A DNA stretch of 64,000 nt from Blastocystis sp. Blastoise. Its lineage: Eukaryota; Protista; Bigyra: Opalinata. Under the pieces are notes generated by a model. That model was not told where the DNA came from, did no database searches, and saw only the letters and a list, made by a program, of their open reading frames with translations. A program made the translations under genes and the position numbers. Positions 61,858 through 64,000 of this stretch are shown piece by piece. Numbering within the stretch: position 1 is the first letter of the stretch; each line of letters opens with the position of its first letter. The stretch lies in the NCBI GenBank assembly GCA_039096225.1, contig JBBPEB010000020.1, forward strand, positions 62,001 through 126,000. The letters are read 5' to 3'.

Positions 61858-62527
61858 TCTCTTTATATTATATTATATATAGTCTATAAATTCTCTTCTT
61901 CTTCATGTATATTATGGTTCAAATATAGATTTTTATTCTACTTATTCTTTTTCAAAACCACAATTATATATTAATACTATTACTTCATCACCTACTTCTC
62001 TATTTTATCCTGAATCATCACTTACAAATAGTATTACTACTAAAAATGAAGGAGACTGTCAATATACAGATTATTCTGCACATGTTTCATTAAATAGTTA
62101 TCATTCTTATGCTAATAATGATAATTCATATTCTTTTACCTATTTTTGTAAGCTACAAGGACTAGATTATTCATTAATATCTGTCTTAACAAGAAATCAG
62201 CAATCAACTCAAGGAAACACAATAAGCATATTGTTCTTTGGTATTAATTCTTCATGGATTAATCCTGATACATTTATTACTCTATATAGATCTATATTAA
62301 TATCTATAACTTCTCCTATCACTAAATTACAATTAAATGATATATCTTCAAGCATAGATCCTGTAGATCAATATATTGTAATTAATTTTAAAGTTTTATT
62401 CCCTAAAGAAATTCTTGATAATAATTTGCCCATAACTCTGGTAGATACAACATTATTAAAAGAATTACTCTCTAAGAGAATTCAATTCAAATATGATAGT
62501 ATTATATGTATGATGTTCTCTGGTTAA
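56686..62527 (+). CDS. Large secreted He_PIG / galactose-binding jelly-roll / Cys-rich protein; paralog of 34431-43039 without a TM anchor
   Basis: Signal MKVSIIIFYCLIALHCVQA. Motifs WKY..W..IDDSTW, ISPDLPTGL..GILSGTP, ITPSLPDGISLDINSGLIYG, CESDGIWPQT and furin-like CVEC/CTPC repeats. The last exon is open to TAA at 62527 with no hydrophobic anchor. Confidence 0.85.
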
Positions 62528-64000
62528 TATAAATATTTATTAAATATTATATCCAAATTTTATTATTATAGCTGTATATATTTCTATTATATATAGTTTT
62601 ATATATAACTATTAATATATATAACTATTAATATTATTGATAATTGAATAATTTCTATACATATTTTTTTCCTTTATTTATCTTTTTATTTATTTATTTA
62701 TTTTATATAATACAAATTAAATAATTTTTCATTTATAATTATAAATGACAATTGAATAACATTCTTAATTAAATGTCTAGTCATTTATATATATATATTT
62801 TTTTAAAGTTATTTTTATCATCATTTATCTACTATTTATAATTAATATATCTGATTCATGTTTTGTTAAAATATAAAAATTTTTATTTCAATATATACGT
62901 TTTCTTGAAGAAATGTTTTTTTGAAGAAATATTCATTTTTTAGTATCCTTTTTTATATGTCACTCTATATGTTTATATAAATTCTCCTTTTTTATGATAA
63001 TAACACCTGGAATTCATGTATATTCTTATACTTATGTCTGTTTTTGAAATTAATTTAATTATTGATATTAGTATTTATTATTAACATATATTATTATCAA
63101 TATACATTCCGAAACATAATATACATAAACACTATTGTTATCGTACTTATTACTATGTTCTATAGTACATTAATTTTATTATATATGTTATTTGTTTTCT
63201 TTCTTCATACTTCATTCTTATCAACCCAAATACAATATTTTTTTAATATTTTATAATTTTTAGAATCACTTCATGTTTTTATATATCTTTTTATTATATA
63301 TATATAATTACTAATAAAATATATTTATCCTTTATAATTGTTAAATATTAGTTCATATACATGTTGTTTTGTTATTATAATTTATATGACACAAGACCTT
63401 TTAACAAATCAATTGGATTCCTTCTATATGCTACATATATTATTAGCGAACACTTTAAAACCATTTTTTAAAAATAAATAATTGTAACATATATAATATA
63501 ATATCAAATAAAATTTTAATTTCATAGTTATTTACTATAATCAACGAGAATAGTAACTTTTAATGTCTTGTGATTTTTACTATTTAAAAAATGAAAATAT
63601 ATTTCTATCTCGATTTAATATGAATGAATATTTGTTCATAAAATGTGACTACCAAAAATAGAATAAGTGTCACAAATTGTTATGACATTTGTTGCACAGA
63701 CAAAATTGGCATCAAGAAAGAAACTGTTAACAACAAAATATGTAAAAATGTTTTATATTGAAAAAGTTGTATAATAACAATGAATCAATTAGAATTTGGG
63801 AGAATAGAGAATATATTCTATATATAAATAAATGAATAGATATATTATATGTAGTTCGTTTGATATCTTCATACTTTAAAATATTAATTGATATAACATT
63901 TATAATAATCAATAAATTCAATAAAGTTTATATTTGTATAATAATAGGAAAGAGGATGTATTTCATAATATGCATTCATTAATTATTATATTAAAAGGAA

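Noticed and set aside
62530-64000. Short hydrophobic ORFs at the window end, plus 3016-3231, 12598-12792, 33614-34167 and 56171-56386
   Set aside because: No recognisable motifs, splice context or codon bias; compatible with chance ORFs in AT-rich intergenic DNA.

Overview
Very AT-rich (about 20% GC by eye), intron-rich eukaryotic DNA in the standard genetic code. The gene content suggests an anaerobic stramenopile of the Blastocystis/Opalinata type; this is inference only. I spliced 14 complete genes and one partial gene by hand: two Sel1-repeat paralogs with mitochondrial-type presequences, THOC2, a phosducin-like PhLP2/PDCL3, an intronless divergent beta-tubulin, a bZIP factor, an FHA-kinase (Chk2-like), NSUN5/Rcm1, a KICS2/C12orf66-like gene, two very large He_PIG/galactose-binding surface proteins, PP4c, a BTB-TLDc protein, and a BTB-like gene with one in-frame TAG. 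Most short ORFs in the track are artefacts of intronic (AT)n and (AAT)n microsatellites. The most unusual signals are: (1) a quasi-palindromic ~15-bp motif, AATAAYCRYGGGAAT, scattered about 30 times through exons, introns and intergenic DNA in both orientations and several reading frames; (2) a homologous intron lacking a GT donor in both Sel1 paralogs (TT..AG and AT..AG); (3) an AT-AC U12-type intron in the PhLP2 gene; (4) a ~3-kb gene-free interval bracketed by a 46-bp inverted repeat carrying tandem ACGCGT boxes; (5) a 5'-to-3' polarity in intron microsatellite invasion. No rRNA, tRNA, CRISPR array or transposase was recognised.
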